From assembly GCA_002269645.1 (NCBI GenBank), contig NIVC01000184.1, positions 496,001-560,000 of the forward strand: a stretch of 64,000 bases of DNA, given 5' to 3'. This stretch comes from Macrostomum lignano. Lineage: Eukaryota. The notes below the pieces were generated by a model, which saw nothing but the letters and a program-made list of their open reading frames with translations, was not told where the DNA came from and did no database searches. Shown here piece by piece: positions 23,899 through 37,499 of the stretch (its first letter is position 1; each line of letters starts with the position of its first letter). The translations under genes and the position numbers were made by a program.

Positions 23899-26800
23899 CT
23901 GAATTCTGAAATAAATGTCACAGGGTATGTTCTAGAAAGTAAATAGAACAAATAAAAATAGATGGATAGTTTTTTTCTTGTTATAAATGGAACATTGGAA
24001 CTTAATAACAAGCTTATCATAGAGGCTCAGCATAATTTATCTTTTTAGCTTAAGACACTTATTGTATAAAGTGACTGTCCTTTTATAACAATATAGTTTA
24101 TCTTCTATCTTATTACTGTTTGTAAAGACTGGAATGAATGATGAAACTAAAAAATATTGGGCAATAAAAATAAATTAAAGAAAAGGCCAAATTAAAATTA
24201 TAATCATTTTCTAATTACATTGATAACTACATCCTACATGCATAACTGTGAGCCAACTCAGCCAATTTAACTAGCAAAAATCATCACTAAAGTTACAAAA
24301 CTAACTTGCTTTTAAAGTGGCATAGTCAGTGTAACATTATAGGTTATGTATATACTATAATTAAGTTAACTTGTTCAAAGCCAAAAAATAGTAGACTAAA
24401 AATGGCCCACACAAAAAAGGTCTATATGCAAAACTTCTATGGTTTAGAGGTGAAACATTATAATATTCAATAAATCAAATGCAATGCATCGAAACATGTC
24501 AGACATATATGCATGTGTCTACTAAAGTAAGAAAGTAAGAAGATTAGTACATGTCACTAGTTAATTAACTAATGCTAAAGTTACATCTATGCTATATTCC
24601 ATAGTAAGGAAAATGGATTTTTCACTGAAAATTTAGGGCAAGATAGGGCAGGAGTTGGTCAAGGGGATTCTAGTAACTTTGGCCCCCACTAGCTTGTCAA
24701 CTTGCAAAAAAGTTGACTTTATCTGAAAAGTAGAGCCTGAGACAAGTTGGTATAGTTAATCTAATAGTTCAAATATAAATGTACATGCATGTATTGGAAG
24801 TAGTATCATGCAAAATTTGAGATTTAATTTTTATCAGCTTCAATCTATATACTAAAAATGGTTTGTTGGTAGGTATCTATCTATCTATCTAGGTATATGA
24901 TTGTCATACTTGGCAAAGTCAGAGTCAAGTAAGGCTAGGTCAGGGACAGGATAGGATAAGAAGCAACAAAGTAGTTGACTGCACTAAAGCCATGTTGCCT
25001 ATTTGTTTGCTAATCCTGCAATGTGGATCTAGATAAAAAATGAATGAATAAATAAATTGGACCTTAAGGTAGAAATTGTGACTAGGCTAAATGTGTTCCA
25101 AAATTTTCACATTTGGAAATTGAATATTTAAAGGTATCTAGTTCTATTTTTTAAAAAAATTCAATTTTCAATGATATTAGCCTTACATATATTATTTTTA
25201 GATATCAAAGCAAATTTTAAGGCTGAGCTTTAAGGAATTAGGGCATTGAAACAAGTTTTTCTGTGATCTTGAATATATTCTAAGGCATACATGCCATGAT
25301 TCTGACTATGGCCTGGAGGGGCCTATTAGGTTCTTTATGCACTAAATGTATATACGAGCTACATATAACCTTAATTTTGAAATTGTACCTTGAAATAAAA
25401 AAGTAGATACAGTTTAGATATGGTGTTAACCTATTTCTCTTTTAAATTTAAGCCTTATTTGCATAGCCTTTTAATAAGATCTAGAAAGGGAAAATAAAAC
25501 AAGAGACCAAGGCATTCTTTGGATACAAAAAAGATAAATAGACATGTCTATAGTCTTCTATATTCCAAGTTTTTTAAAATAAGGTAAGAGAAATTGCATC
25601 TAATTTTAGGCACTTTTTGCACCTTGTCTTTGGTAGAACTCAGATATTATATTTATATTGACAAGATTAGATATACATACAGTTGTTTAATATATAAGCT
25701 AAGTAGATCTGGTCTGGTCCCTTTAATGGTTTCCAATTTATTTGTCTATTGAATAGAAGAAAATATGGGTAGGCCCTAGGGGCTGTAGAAAAGTCAATGG
25801 CACAATATGGTGCTAGGCAGGCATGAAAAATAATTCAAAGGGTTGCTTGCACTTAGCAGAGAGAGAGAGAGAGAGAGAAAGAGGCAGATATACAGTCCCA
25901 CATTTTTCCCTAAATGGAAAAGAAATGCAGTTTCTACTTGAACAACAAAAGATAAATTTGAAAAATTGCATTTCCAAAGTAAGTACAAGCAAAATAGCTA
26001 TGGATAATAAAAATATAGCAAATCAGAACACAAAGTTTCTACTAGGGATAAAGAAGAAGGATAGTGTTCTTTAAGCCTATCAATATCAATAGCAAGCATT
26101 GGATAGGGCTAGTAAGCAAGTTAGACCAGTCTATAGACAGCATGAAGATATGTATTTTTGTGTCACACAAGATTGTTACAAAAAGTGTATATAAGTGTGC
26201 AAGTTTTTTTCAGATTGCACAAAATATATCTAGAATTTTGTGCAAATAATTTATCCTTAGTCTTTCTAAAACCTTTTTCTCCAATAGCCTACTGATATAT
26301 TTGTCATTTTCAATAGAGACCAATATTTTTATACTAGCCTAGGCCTATAGCAATTTTTTTAATAATATTAAGAGGTTGGTGAGCACTTCCTATCTCACTC
26401 CATATCCTCAACAACATTTGGCCAGCAGACTATTAGTAGACAACAATTGGTACCCCCTTTGCCTTTGTCAACTGCCTAATTGCAACAGTTAAAATGTGGT
26501 AGGGGTCCCACATTCTAGAATATATAATATATGCCCAAAACTTTAGACATGCATTAGGCCTAGCCTAAATTTAGATATGCATAGTTCATAGTTGGCATAT
26601 ATGACTTATTCTTAAGAAAATAGTGTGTATGCACACTTAGTATGCATTTCATAGAATCAGAATCATAAGGAAAAGTAAGAGTTAAGTAAAAAAAAGATTG
26701 AAAATATTCATATTTAAAGCCTAGTAAGATATAAATTTCCAGCTTTCTATGTTTTAAGCACATTAATATTATAATAATATTAAGGGAATTGTTATTTGTC

Positions 26801-27350
26801 CAATGACTAGACAAATAGCTCATCAATAAAATAATAAATTAAAGTATCTAAATAATGAACCCAATTATTAGCCAAAAGGGTTCTTTACAATATACAAAAA
26901 TGGTCATTTACTAATGCAATGCAGAAAAGGTCTTAAATTATTGTTGCAATACTAGTCTAGATTTGAGAGTGCAGGCATGTCCGACTAAATTTTTTTGGCA
27001 TGCATTTTTAGGCCTAACTCTTCAATCTGGGTTTTTTCATCCATAACTTAGGTGCAATTTTGCACCTTGTGCTAGATTTCAAGGTGCGATTTTTAAGACC
27101 AGGATGCGCTGCACTGCTGCAGACAAAAACTGGTCCAACACTAATAGTGTGTTTCAAAGTTTTTGTCCATCTAAACCATCCAATGATGATCCACATTCCA
27201 AATGCTTAACTTAATTGTTTGATCTCCTATAACACTAAATTGTGAAATCTGCATCATATCCTTGCAAAAAATTCTAGTGTGCTTTTCATATCCTAAATCA
27301 AATTTCAGGATTTTAGTTTTGCGGTTCAATTGGCTGTATTTTCATTCAAA

Positions 27351-27600
27351 TTTCCTTATGCTTGAGGGTCAAAAGCAGTCAATTTTGTACTTTTCCTTAT
27401 GCTTGAGGGTCAAAAGCAGTCAATTTTGTACTTTCCTTATGCTTGAGGGTCAAAAGCAGTCAATTTTGTACTTTTCCTTATGCTTGAGGGTCAAAAGCAG
27501 TCAATTTTGTACTTTCCTTATGCTTAAGAGTCAAAAGCAATCGATTTTGTACTTTTCCTTATGCTTGAGGGTCAAAAGCAGCCAACCTGTACTTTTCCTT
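27351..27600. repeat. ~41-bp minisatellite TTCCTTATGCTTGAGGGTCAAAAGCAGTCAATTTTGTACTT, ~6 copies
   Basis: Direct inspection. A diverged monomer is present near 27880-27925. Confidence 0.93.
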
Positions 27601-30600
27601 AGGCTTTCCAGCTAATGAAACATATTTTGAACTGACCAATGCTCATGTACAGTGTGTCATTAACTATATCCAATGCAATACTTATACCAGCACTCTCGCG
27701 CTCATTATTTAATCTTATGCTTTCTGGCAAAAGCATGCACTCATGCAATCGATATTTATTTAACGTGTCAATATTTAATCAATGCGATACAGTATTTTGT
27801 GTTTCATCTGATTTTGCAAATCCCAGTTTATTGTAAACTTTCCTTGCACACTATCTAAGTGCGGAAAGTATTCCTGTTTTCCCTTATGCTTTCCGGAGAA
27901 AAGCAACTAACTTGTAAACCTTCCAGTTTGATTTAGACTGAAGGTATCTCTTTCCAGTTTGCTAGCTTACTGTCTAAGGGCCAAACTGTCTTGTGCCCCA
28001 CTTAGGTCAAGCCGCCTTAGATCCAAGCCTTGCCTTCAGCGGAAGGCATTCAAAGACTCCCCTTTTCTTTTCTTTGTTCTGATTTTGCTCGAGCCTAGGA
28101 ACTCGTGAGGGCCGCCAGTTTGGCTCCTCTCCCCAGTGCTATTTGTCTACCCTATGTATTATATTTGTCTTCTTATGGAGCCCCCACATATGTTAAAGTG
28201 GTTGCTAACTTACTATTATTTCTATTATTCTATTTAAAAATTCTGTTTATGCGATTTTTAGTTTCCTAACCACCAACCTGCTTGATGTGAGCCATTCAAG
28301 GCATCCCATCTGATTCATTCGGCCCCGGACTCCTGTTGCGCGGTTATCTGTTTTATTACCTCTTGTTTTCATGTGCCCACCCTCTCTGTGTGCACTTGCC
28401 ATAGAGTGCATGAGGGGTACTAGACAGCTCCTACAGTTGAGCCGTCCCCCCTTTTTTCAATTGTTTGTTGGGTGCCGGGCTATTAAGGCCTCACTCTTAC
28501 TCTGTTTGTTCTTTATGTCGTATTTCCAATTGCGCTATTATTTTGCTTGCGACTATTTTACTTTCAATTTTGCATATATGGAGCCTAATCCAATGTGGGG
28601 AGGCGCCATCCTAGCTGTTTGTCCATCTCTATTGTATCTTCTGGAAGAAGGCGAGAACAAGCCTGAGAGGATTGCCGAAGTAGAGCCTCCAGCGCCACCG
28701 CCAAGCCTTGACGCCTAGTTAAACGGATATATATATGCTGTAAGGGCAGCCCAGACACCGGAGATCGCTGAGTTAGACATTGTCCAACTCTTGGAGCCCG
28801 ACCATGATGTGCCGCCCCCGTCGCCGGCCGGCTGGTATGACAACATCAGTCCAGAGCTGCCTGCCACTCAGCCACTCCACTGCAGGAGGCCTAGCTGCTG
28901 CCCACTACCGACCCGGAGCCTTTGCAGCTCCTAGCAGAACTGCTCAGCTAGGAAGTTAAGAGCAGTCTGGGCACCTGGCAAGTGAACGACTGCCGGAACT
29001 GGTCCAGTTTTGCCTGGCATTTTACTTTGTAAGCCACTGCCCTAGCTGTTGAAGTGGTAATTGCTCAGCTGGGGGAGTGCCTGAAGGATGAGCCGGGACT
29101 GCAGGTCGGCCCAACCTGCTGCCTTGTTGCTCTATCCATCGAGCAAGTGGCGGTGCACCGAGGCATCTCCCCCAGGCTAAAAAGTTTTTTTCGTAGCGCA
29201 CACCTCGCTAGCTGGGTTGCTGCTCCTGATCAGCCAGCCAAAGCTGAGAATTCTGCCAATGCTCCGGACCAACCGCCTAAAGCCGCCTGGCCCCCACGCC
29301 AGCACTGCAATGGTGATGGCAACCGCGGTGACCAGCCATGGTGGCCGAGCCCCTGCCAGCCGTGGCCGCTACTGATGTGGAAAGTGCAAGGTTTTGCAGA
29401 CTTTTTTTTCTTTGTAAGGCATCCCCGTGCATGTGGCAATTGGGTTGCCATTTCATTTTTTTGTGATTACTTTAATAATTTTTGCGTTCAATCTACTAAG
29501 TTTCTATGAATTTAATTACATGCCCCAACTCCCAGAAATTTTTGCATATTGTTTTCCGATAGTTGTTTATTTAGTCACTTTCCTGTATGTTGTCCTTTGT
29601 CCCAATTGTTGTTCCTCTAATTTGTCCCACCTATGAATCTATGTTTCCCCACTCTTGTTTATTATTTTTTTCTTTTAATTTCTGCGTAAAACTGCCTTTG
29701 CTCAACCTTGTGCCCACTTCCTTGCCCAACCAGCTGCCTAGCTTACTATCCAAGTTTTGCCCCTGTAGTTGGAATTTATACTAACTATTTATATTGCATG
29801 TTTCAAGCACTGCTAATACTCTTGCTCTCTCTCTTGCACTCACTCTCTTTTTATTCTTGCGTTTTTGTTATATTATTAGTTTGTTCATCTACCTTACTCT
29901 GGCTCTGCTCATCAAATCATTTCAATTGCACAATAAAAATTATTATCTGCCCACTAAATATTATTTTAATACTCAGTTAATAATAATAATAATTAATATT
30001 AAGCAATAATACTTTCATTAACTAATAAGAAGCCTAAAGTCTATTTTAAGTCTTTTGCCCATGGGGCATAAAATAACCAAAGTGTCATCTCAAAGGAAGC
30101 TTTGAGACTATACATTCTATAATATGTAAATTACAGTGGTGGCAGCAACTACCTTACTGAAAGTAACAAGCTTAAGAAGCCAACACATTAGATTATGGTG
30201 TCAGAATCTCCAGTGTTTATCAATTGAACGACCACGCTGCTATATGACCACTCCGCTATGATTGCAACTACCCCCCCCCCTGGAACTTGAGGACTCGGCT
30301 GTTGGAGTGAAGCAGGAGAAAGTAATTTGTTGTGATTCTTTTGAGCGATTTTCCGGAACCATTTATGCGAACTCAACGCTGGCGGCAATTCAAACATAGA
30401 ATTCGCCCCACCTCACTAGTGTCAGCAACTAATTTTCAAGTTAACCCATTCGAAGAAAACTTTCTTTGCCTCTATCTCACATGCCATTGTTTTTTCTTTA
30501 GGACATAAAATTTTTACTTGTAAAATTTTAAAGCTGAATATGACATTAGATTAAAGAATGGATCCCAAAACATGAAGTAATTTTTTGTTCAAATTATCTG

Positions 30601-31410
30601 TTCAAAAGAAAATATATATTGGAAAAATATCTATCAGAAAACACACATAAAAATCTGTATGTATATTCTCTCTATTTAAAAGATACTATAGTGGTAGAAA
30701 TTATATTTAAACATCTATTTCAAAGAAAGAAAAATGTTATCATAGGGGGCCTAGGCCTATATAAATTAAAAAGCTGTCAATATAAGCCTACTGGCAAACA
30801 AAAAAATTTTCTGTCTGCAAAAATATTATCTAGCTGAAAGTTTGGCGCATGACCAAGATGGCCACATACCAAGATGGCCATAGCTTTAAGACTAAGTGTC
30901 TTAATAGATAATTAGATAATAATAAGCCTAGGTCTATATTTCACTTATTTCCTATTGGTAATAATTAGAGAAATAGAATAGGCCTAGCTAAAAAGATGCT
31001 ATATTGGAATTGTATATATTAGGGGCCTAGGCCCCTATATTATAGTCATTCCTTTGGCTTTAGCTTTTATTATAGCTTGACCTATATTATATTTATTTAC
31101 TACACCAAGCAAGTAGCCTAACACAAAAAAATACCTTGCCTTGTTGTATATTTAATATTTATCTTAATTTTAGTATAGCATTACTAGTAGCAATGGTTTC
31201 TTAATAAACAGATGGTGATAGATTTGATAGATGTAATGAAAGGGAATAAATTGGCATAAACACTGAAAAAGATTAAAGTTTTTGTATTATAGGTAATTAG
31301 TTTCAAATCTATTATTGTGTGACAGTGTGATTCATAGAAGCGCGTGTATCATATTTCTTTATTTTCATATGCATACCGTGCTACTACTGTATTCTTCCAT
31401 TTATTTTAAC

Positions 31411-34400
31411 AATATTTGTATATATTATTATTGCGCTATTTTTACTGTTAATTGCTTTGTTTTTTGTAGCCTCGTATGTATTTATTCTATTATTTGTATT
31501 TCATATATATATAGTTATTATTTCTCGTAAAGTAGTTCTACCTATGTACATATACTGACGCGATGTTATTCTTGCACGATAGGCCCTAGTCAATATATAT
31601 TATCGATTAATTTGTACATGTACATTGCGCGCCGCGTGGGGGGTTTTTTGTCTGGGTTTTGGATTAAGGGTGTTGTTGTTATCTGTTTACCTTTAAATAT
31701 ATGCTTATACTGCAGTCAGCAGCCGCTCTCGCCCTTCCCCTTGCTTTGCTTCTCGACCTAGGCTCGCTAACCCTTAGCTGTGACGCTGTCTGGCCTCCTT
31801 ACACCAACTCTTCCGCCGTCTACCTTGGCATACCAATTAGTTAATTGGCTGATCCAGCAATTTTAAGTAGCACTAGCAAAAGTCTAAGGGTTGAAGCAGC
31901 TTGCCGATCTGCTAACTAATCGTGAACTATCTAAATTAACCGCTACACAAATCCATCTTATTCGCCTTACTCGTCACAATTGTATCAGTATTTACGAATA
32001 TGATTGATTAAACATAATAATTGATATAACATAAAAGCTACTATGTTGCTAAATGCTAATTAATGATAAAAAGAGAGCAGAGCCAAAGAGATTCAATGTT
32101 GTGGCCATCTTGGTATGTGGCCATCTTAGTCTTATACCGAAAGTTTTTGTTTAGTGCTAACTGCTAATTGCGCTAATTTTTTGTCTTGCACTGTACTGCA
32201 CCGGATTCCCCCTGCTTGCTGCTGCACCAGAATACGCCGATGCAACAATGAGACTTTTTATATTACCAATTCCAGAACTAGAATCAGTTTAGATCTTCTA
32301 AGAAAAAAAGCAGTATAACTATTTAACTTTGTTGAATGTTCGATTGCCTTAAAAGTCTCACTTTGCACAATTTTTCACTTTCTTCTTGGCTGTTGCCATT
32401 CAATAATTACAACTTTAAAGCGTATATGTATATCGGACTAGGGCCTATGGCTATAATACCCTATATCCCACTAGTTAAGCGTTAAGGAGACAAAAAGTTA
32501 TACACTTAATAACTTTACAAATTTGATATGATTTTACAACCAGAACAAGCAATGTGAAAGGGCTTGGGCCCTAAATAGGGGTTTCAACCTACTTCGGCAA
32601 AAGTCAATAACGGCGAAAAATACTTCTGAGGTGGTCAGGTGGGGGCGGGTATGAAAAATAATTTTTTTAGGTTCGGTGTAGTCGGTTTTTAATGTTTGAA
32701 TTGCCGCCTGCGTTGTCTGGGCACTCGTAAAGCCGGAAAATTTCTCGAGTTGATGCACTGATTCTTCTCCTTGGTTACTCCGTCTGCCGGGGTCCTCAAT
32801 TCCGGGGGGAGGGTAGTTGTAATTGCAGTCGAGCGGTCTTTTAGCGGCACGGTCGTTCAAATTGGGTCCTCAGACACAAAAATTCATGATCTGTCGATAT
32901 ACTCAATATGTTACTATCAGTAGTAAAGTTGCACTGCCACCACCGTAATTTCGTATTACGGAACGATAAGGGTCTCAGAGCATTCTCTGAGTTGAGACTA
33001 ATTGGCTATTTTACGCCCCGCGGGCAAATGACTCAATATAGACTATTAAAGGCTTCGATTAAGTACAACTGAATAATTATTAGATGCAGGTTATTATTAT
33101 TATTATGGTCGCAAGGTAATTGTCAAAGCAAAATATGTTTATTAGGGATATTGAAATATAGGTTATTAAGCTGACTATGACGGGGTGATTCGGCGTGCCG
33201 AGAGTTGCTCAGACTAAGTTAAATTTCTGCGGTAAGCACAATATCAAACAAATGAACTTAACTCCACAAAAGACAAAACACACGGGAGAAGTAGGGAAGA
33301 AGGGAAGAAACACCAATACAAAAAAACGCGCGCGTAAAAAGAGAGAGCGACAGGCAAACGGTTATATACATCAAAATTCGCTTACTTCATTTAAAAAGAG
33401 GGGAACAAAGAGGGGAACACCGGGTGGGGCACAAGCTGGAAAAGGGGGGCAAACCCGAGAAAACACATTTAAACAAGGGCGGGACCAAGGGAAGGAGCAG
33501 CAGGGGGAACAAGGTGGTAACAACCAAGGGAAAGTTAATAATCCTTCAAGGGAGCCGTCGGTGATGTCAACTGTCACTCCTCCGGAGGGAGACGTTGCGC
33601 TGTCGCCAACCGCTGCCTGAACCCCAGTGGTAGACCGGCCTACCACTCTTCCGCAATGACCATTTCGTCTAAAGCTGACCATTTCAGCGAAAAATCTATT
33701 CCAAGCTTCGCTGAAGAGTTTTTTGTTTTAGAAGAAAATTTAAAAAAATACGAACTTTACAAAGACTAGGTTTTATCGTGACACGTTTTTGTTTTGTCGC
33801 AGTTTAATTTAGTTGTTTTATTAGATGCCCTTTCCGTTACGGCGGAATTTCAAAGTACGATTTTGTAAAATAACTTATAATGTGACGAATAAGGCGAATA
33901 AAGACGGATTTGTGTAGCGGTTAATTTAGATAGTTCACGATTAATTAGCAGATCGGCAAGCCGCTTCAACCCTTAGACTTTTGCTAGTGCTACTTTAAAT
34001 TGCTGGGTCAGTTAATTAACTAATTGGTATGCCAAGGTAGACGGCGGAAGAGTTGGTGTAAAGAGGCCAGCAGACAGCGTCACAGCTAAGGGTAGCAAGC
34101 CTAGGTCGAGAAGCGAAGCAAGGGGAAGGGCGAGAGCGGCTGCTGACTGCAGTGTAAGCATATATTTAAAGGTAAACAGATAACAACAACACCCTTAATC
34201 CAAAACCCAGACAAACAACCCCCCACGCGGCGCGCAATGTACATGTACAAATTAATCGATAAATATATCATGCAAGAATAACATACGTCAGTACAAGTAC
34301 ATAGGTAGAACCACAGATACTATAAACATGTGTTTATAGTATCTGTGGGTAGAACTACTTTACGAGAAATAATAACGATATGAATGAAATACAAATAATA

Positions 34401-34476
34401 GAATAAATACATAAGAGGCTACAAAAAACAAAGCAATTAACAGTAAATAGCGCGATAATAATACATACGAATATTA
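31411..34476. repeat. Large inverted repeat: arms ~31411-31983 and ~33876-34476 (roughly 90% identical by eye) around a ~1.9-kb spacer
   Basis: For example, GTACATTGCGCGCCGCGTGGGGG (~31620) is the reverse complement of CCCCCACGCGGCGCGCAATGTAC (~34220), and the match is colinear across ~570 bp. Confidence 0.92.
34312..34347. mobile_element. 36-bp palindromic mini-element (CACAG...CTGTG) with 8-bp TSD GGTAGAAC
   Basis: The insert has 17-bp perfect arms and a 2-nt centre. TSD copies are at 34304-34311 and 34348-34355. The empty site GTTCTACC is at 31535-31542 in the opposite arm of the inverted repeat. Confidence 0.85.
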
Positions 34477-34867
34477 ATATGGTAATGCAAGCAGAAAGTG
34501 CTTCTTGTTGCCATCATCTGGAGGTGAATATATAGTAATTCCCTATTGTTGCGCTATTTGATTATGATTATACTATTGTCTTCTGGTACTAAGTCAGTCT
34601 TGGTCAATATAGCAATTTCTTTTTTCATGCAACTGTCATCCTAGGGTGTGCAAGTGTACATTTTTCATTATTTGTAGCATTAAATGTCTCCTTGTGTGTT
34701 CAGCTTGTTTATAAATATAAACACAAATATACATATAATATGAATAACAATTTTTTTATTTTGGTTTCAGACAATATGAATTTCTTTATTTGATGTCACA
34801 AACATGTCATGTATATATTTCCAACATATTCCCATTATTAAGAGTATTTCTATTTCTCATTTCAGCC

Positions 34868-36857
34868 ATGAAGTTTATCGTGATCTTTCACGTTGACAAA
34901 GAAATAGTCGAATTGAGCGAGACTGAAGTCCTCTTAGAAAACTTCCAAAAATTCACTCTGGACAACTGGCGAAACTTTGTTGGCGAGCCTATTGCAAGGG
35001 CATACTACAATGAGCAAGTATGGGACTGCACAATTCTTCAGGTAACTGCACGCTTTATTCCCTGAATGTTCCCATAATCATACTTGTATATGGGGGTCGT
35101 TTGGTATTTTTGATTTTCACTAAGTAATTTTGCATTTGCGCTAGGTTCTCCCTGACGACGATTATGACGCCACTGGGACGGTAAATTGGCTTCGGGCGTT
35201 CAGGCGCGAGAAGCACTGCAAAATCCAAACTCTTTTGGGACTGGTCAAACGAGTACCCGATGGCAGGAGGCAAAGATTCCTTCCTTTGGAGGTTAGCTAC
35301 AAACCGTTTTTGTTGCTATAAGTGTGTATTAAAACTTCGAAAGATGTTAACCATTTGTAACCATTAGTCATTATTATTCAATCGATCTCACGAACTACGT
35401 TACTATAAGTAGCGCGCAATCGTTCTCAGAATCTGCAGACCGAGTCCGAGTCTGACTGCCAACGATCGCCCTCAAGCTTCTCACGGTCGGTTAGACTACC
35501 CCAAGCTGAGGATTCCGCCAGGGCAGTTCAACAAAGCCCAAGCTCGCTGCCGCTGTTGCCTTTGCCGGAGACAAGAAACCCATCGGCTCAGCTAGCGGTT
35601 GAAACAGCTCCACCGGAAACGCCCAAATCACTGCCCCACCATGGACAGAACGACAGGTGCAGGTCACAGCAGAGTGCGGCTGAGTTGCTCAGCCCTTCGG
35701 ATCAGCCAGGAGCCTTGCGTTTCAATGCAGCTGCAGCTGACGTCGCGTCATTGAACTTCGGTACCGGGGGGCTTGACTTGCTGAAGGCTAGAATGGAGGC
35801 TAAGCTTGGAGTCTCTCTGACATCGCCTCTCGGACTGTGCTACCTGGGGCTCCATACCCTTCGTCGGACATCAGCTTGCATGACAACAATCTCAGAATTG
35901 AAGCAGTGCATGTCGCGTGCCGCTGCTGCTGCTGCTACTACATTTGGTCCAGTTGATGCAGATGCAGAATGGAAGCCGATTGCGACCTGGCCTGACTACA
36001 TTGACTTCATCAAAAATCCACCGGCTCTCGAATGGGTATGTACATCCAATAGTTTAGTGTTTGTTTTTGCAAAGTCTATTATTTCAAAAAGCCTCCGACA
36101 GCATGCTTTCACGATAGTTGGAAAATATAATTGTCTCTGACATATTCCACATTTTATTTCATATTAATATTCCATATTTCTTCGTGACTGTCCATCTACA
36201 TGTATGATAAAATTATTGGCACCCTTGCAGATGACACGGCTGCTGCTGCCCTGCAAGGCTGACGACCTTGGCAGCACCATTCGCCGAATGGTGAGGCGAA
36301 TTCTGTCACCAGAGATGCTGGCCGCTGTCAATTATAACGGAAAGGGTCTTGGTGCTCTCTCTGGCTCTGAGCTTGGGGACACCGAACTTGCCTTTCGATC
36401 GGTGTTCTTGCCCAGTATTCTACGTAAGTTCAATGCGCGCGCGTGTGTGTGTGTGTGTGCATATCACATTAAATTCAATGATCGAAATTAATTACTGAGT
36501 ATACTGATTCTTAATTCATTTGATTTACGTATTGATAGGTTTTAAAATCAGACGGCCTATTAGTTTTAGATCAGTTATGTTTAATAATTGTATTTTTGTG
36601 ACATACTTTTAGGGACGATGAAGGCAATGTACCGCGATGCTGCTGAGCGTCCAAAAGACCGCGATGTAGAGCTTGCAGTCATTGCTGCGCTGAAGCTGGG
36701 CAAGGACGGGCGAAGTCGTGGACGTCAAGGTCCGACGGAGTCAGGCAGCCAGGCGTCGGCAGCCAGAGTTGGCACATCGCAAGACCCTCCGCCTGCCAAG
36801 GTTCGACGTTCCGTTCAGAAGGTCCCTATCATTTACGACGCTGACAGTGATGAGTGA
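34868..36857 (+). CDS. DUF4806/BEN-like domain protein, 5 exons, 454 aa (probable transposon accessory gene)
   Basis: Exons 34868-35041, 35145-35291, 35430-36035, 36231-36423 and 36613-36857 are GT-AG and phase-consistent (1365 nt). DDLGSTIRRMVRRILSPEMLAAVNYNGKG and DRDVELAVIAALKLGKDGRSRGR resemble the DUF4806/BEN pattern. The domain call is from memory and was not checked with an HMM. Confidence 0.7.
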
Positions 36858-37299
36858 CTGGTTTGGAGTCATAACCTGTGAGCAGTACAATTTGAGATAA
36901 TCAGCAGGCTAGAATGGGATATTGATCGTATGTTGTGTCAATTTAGCTACTTAGCTTATGTGCAGTACAATCATTGGACACAGTCAGTTAGTTATTATTC
37001 AAAAATAAAGAAATGATTTATAAAAAACGTTGTTGAAGCCATCATATCATCCTATAAACAAGTAATTTAGTTTGCAATAATTGCCAATGATTACACTTAT
37101 ACCTAACCCTGAGACTTTAAACGCGTATGCATGCGAGAAATTTTTTTGCTTTGCTGTAATTTCATTTGACAAATATATAGATCTTTGCCAAATGTCTCAA
37201 CTTTAAAATGTAACGTTTTTGGACACATGAGTGACATGACACATTTGATTGCGAAAATTGGCTTTTTTCATACTTTATTTCACGTGGATCAGCACCTCT

Positions 37300-37450
37300 A
37301 ACAATATTTTGACCGTTGGAATAGCGTTGATTCGCAGTTGGACTGCCGTTGGTAAACCGCCGTTGTATCAACGGATTTTCCTCCAGACACGCCCAACGGA
37401 GGGCCAACGGAGGGCAACAACGTTGAATCAACGTTGGTTTTTCCGCTGGG
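37300..37450. mobile_element. Right end of a CMC (EnSpm/CACTA-like) DNA transposon
   Basis: The sequence ends TTTTCCGCTGGG (CCCAG on the minus strand, fitting the CMCWR terminus) and has clustered subterminal CAACG/CGTTG repeats. No matching left end was found. Confidence 0.5.
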
Positions 37451-37499
37451 TTGTTAAAATAAATGAAAGAATACGGTATGCATATGAAAATAAAGAAAT

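Noticed and set aside
30196-30206. TGGTGTCAGAA, resembling a Gypsy primer-binding site
   Set aside because: No adjacent LTR end and no gag/pol ORF downstream.
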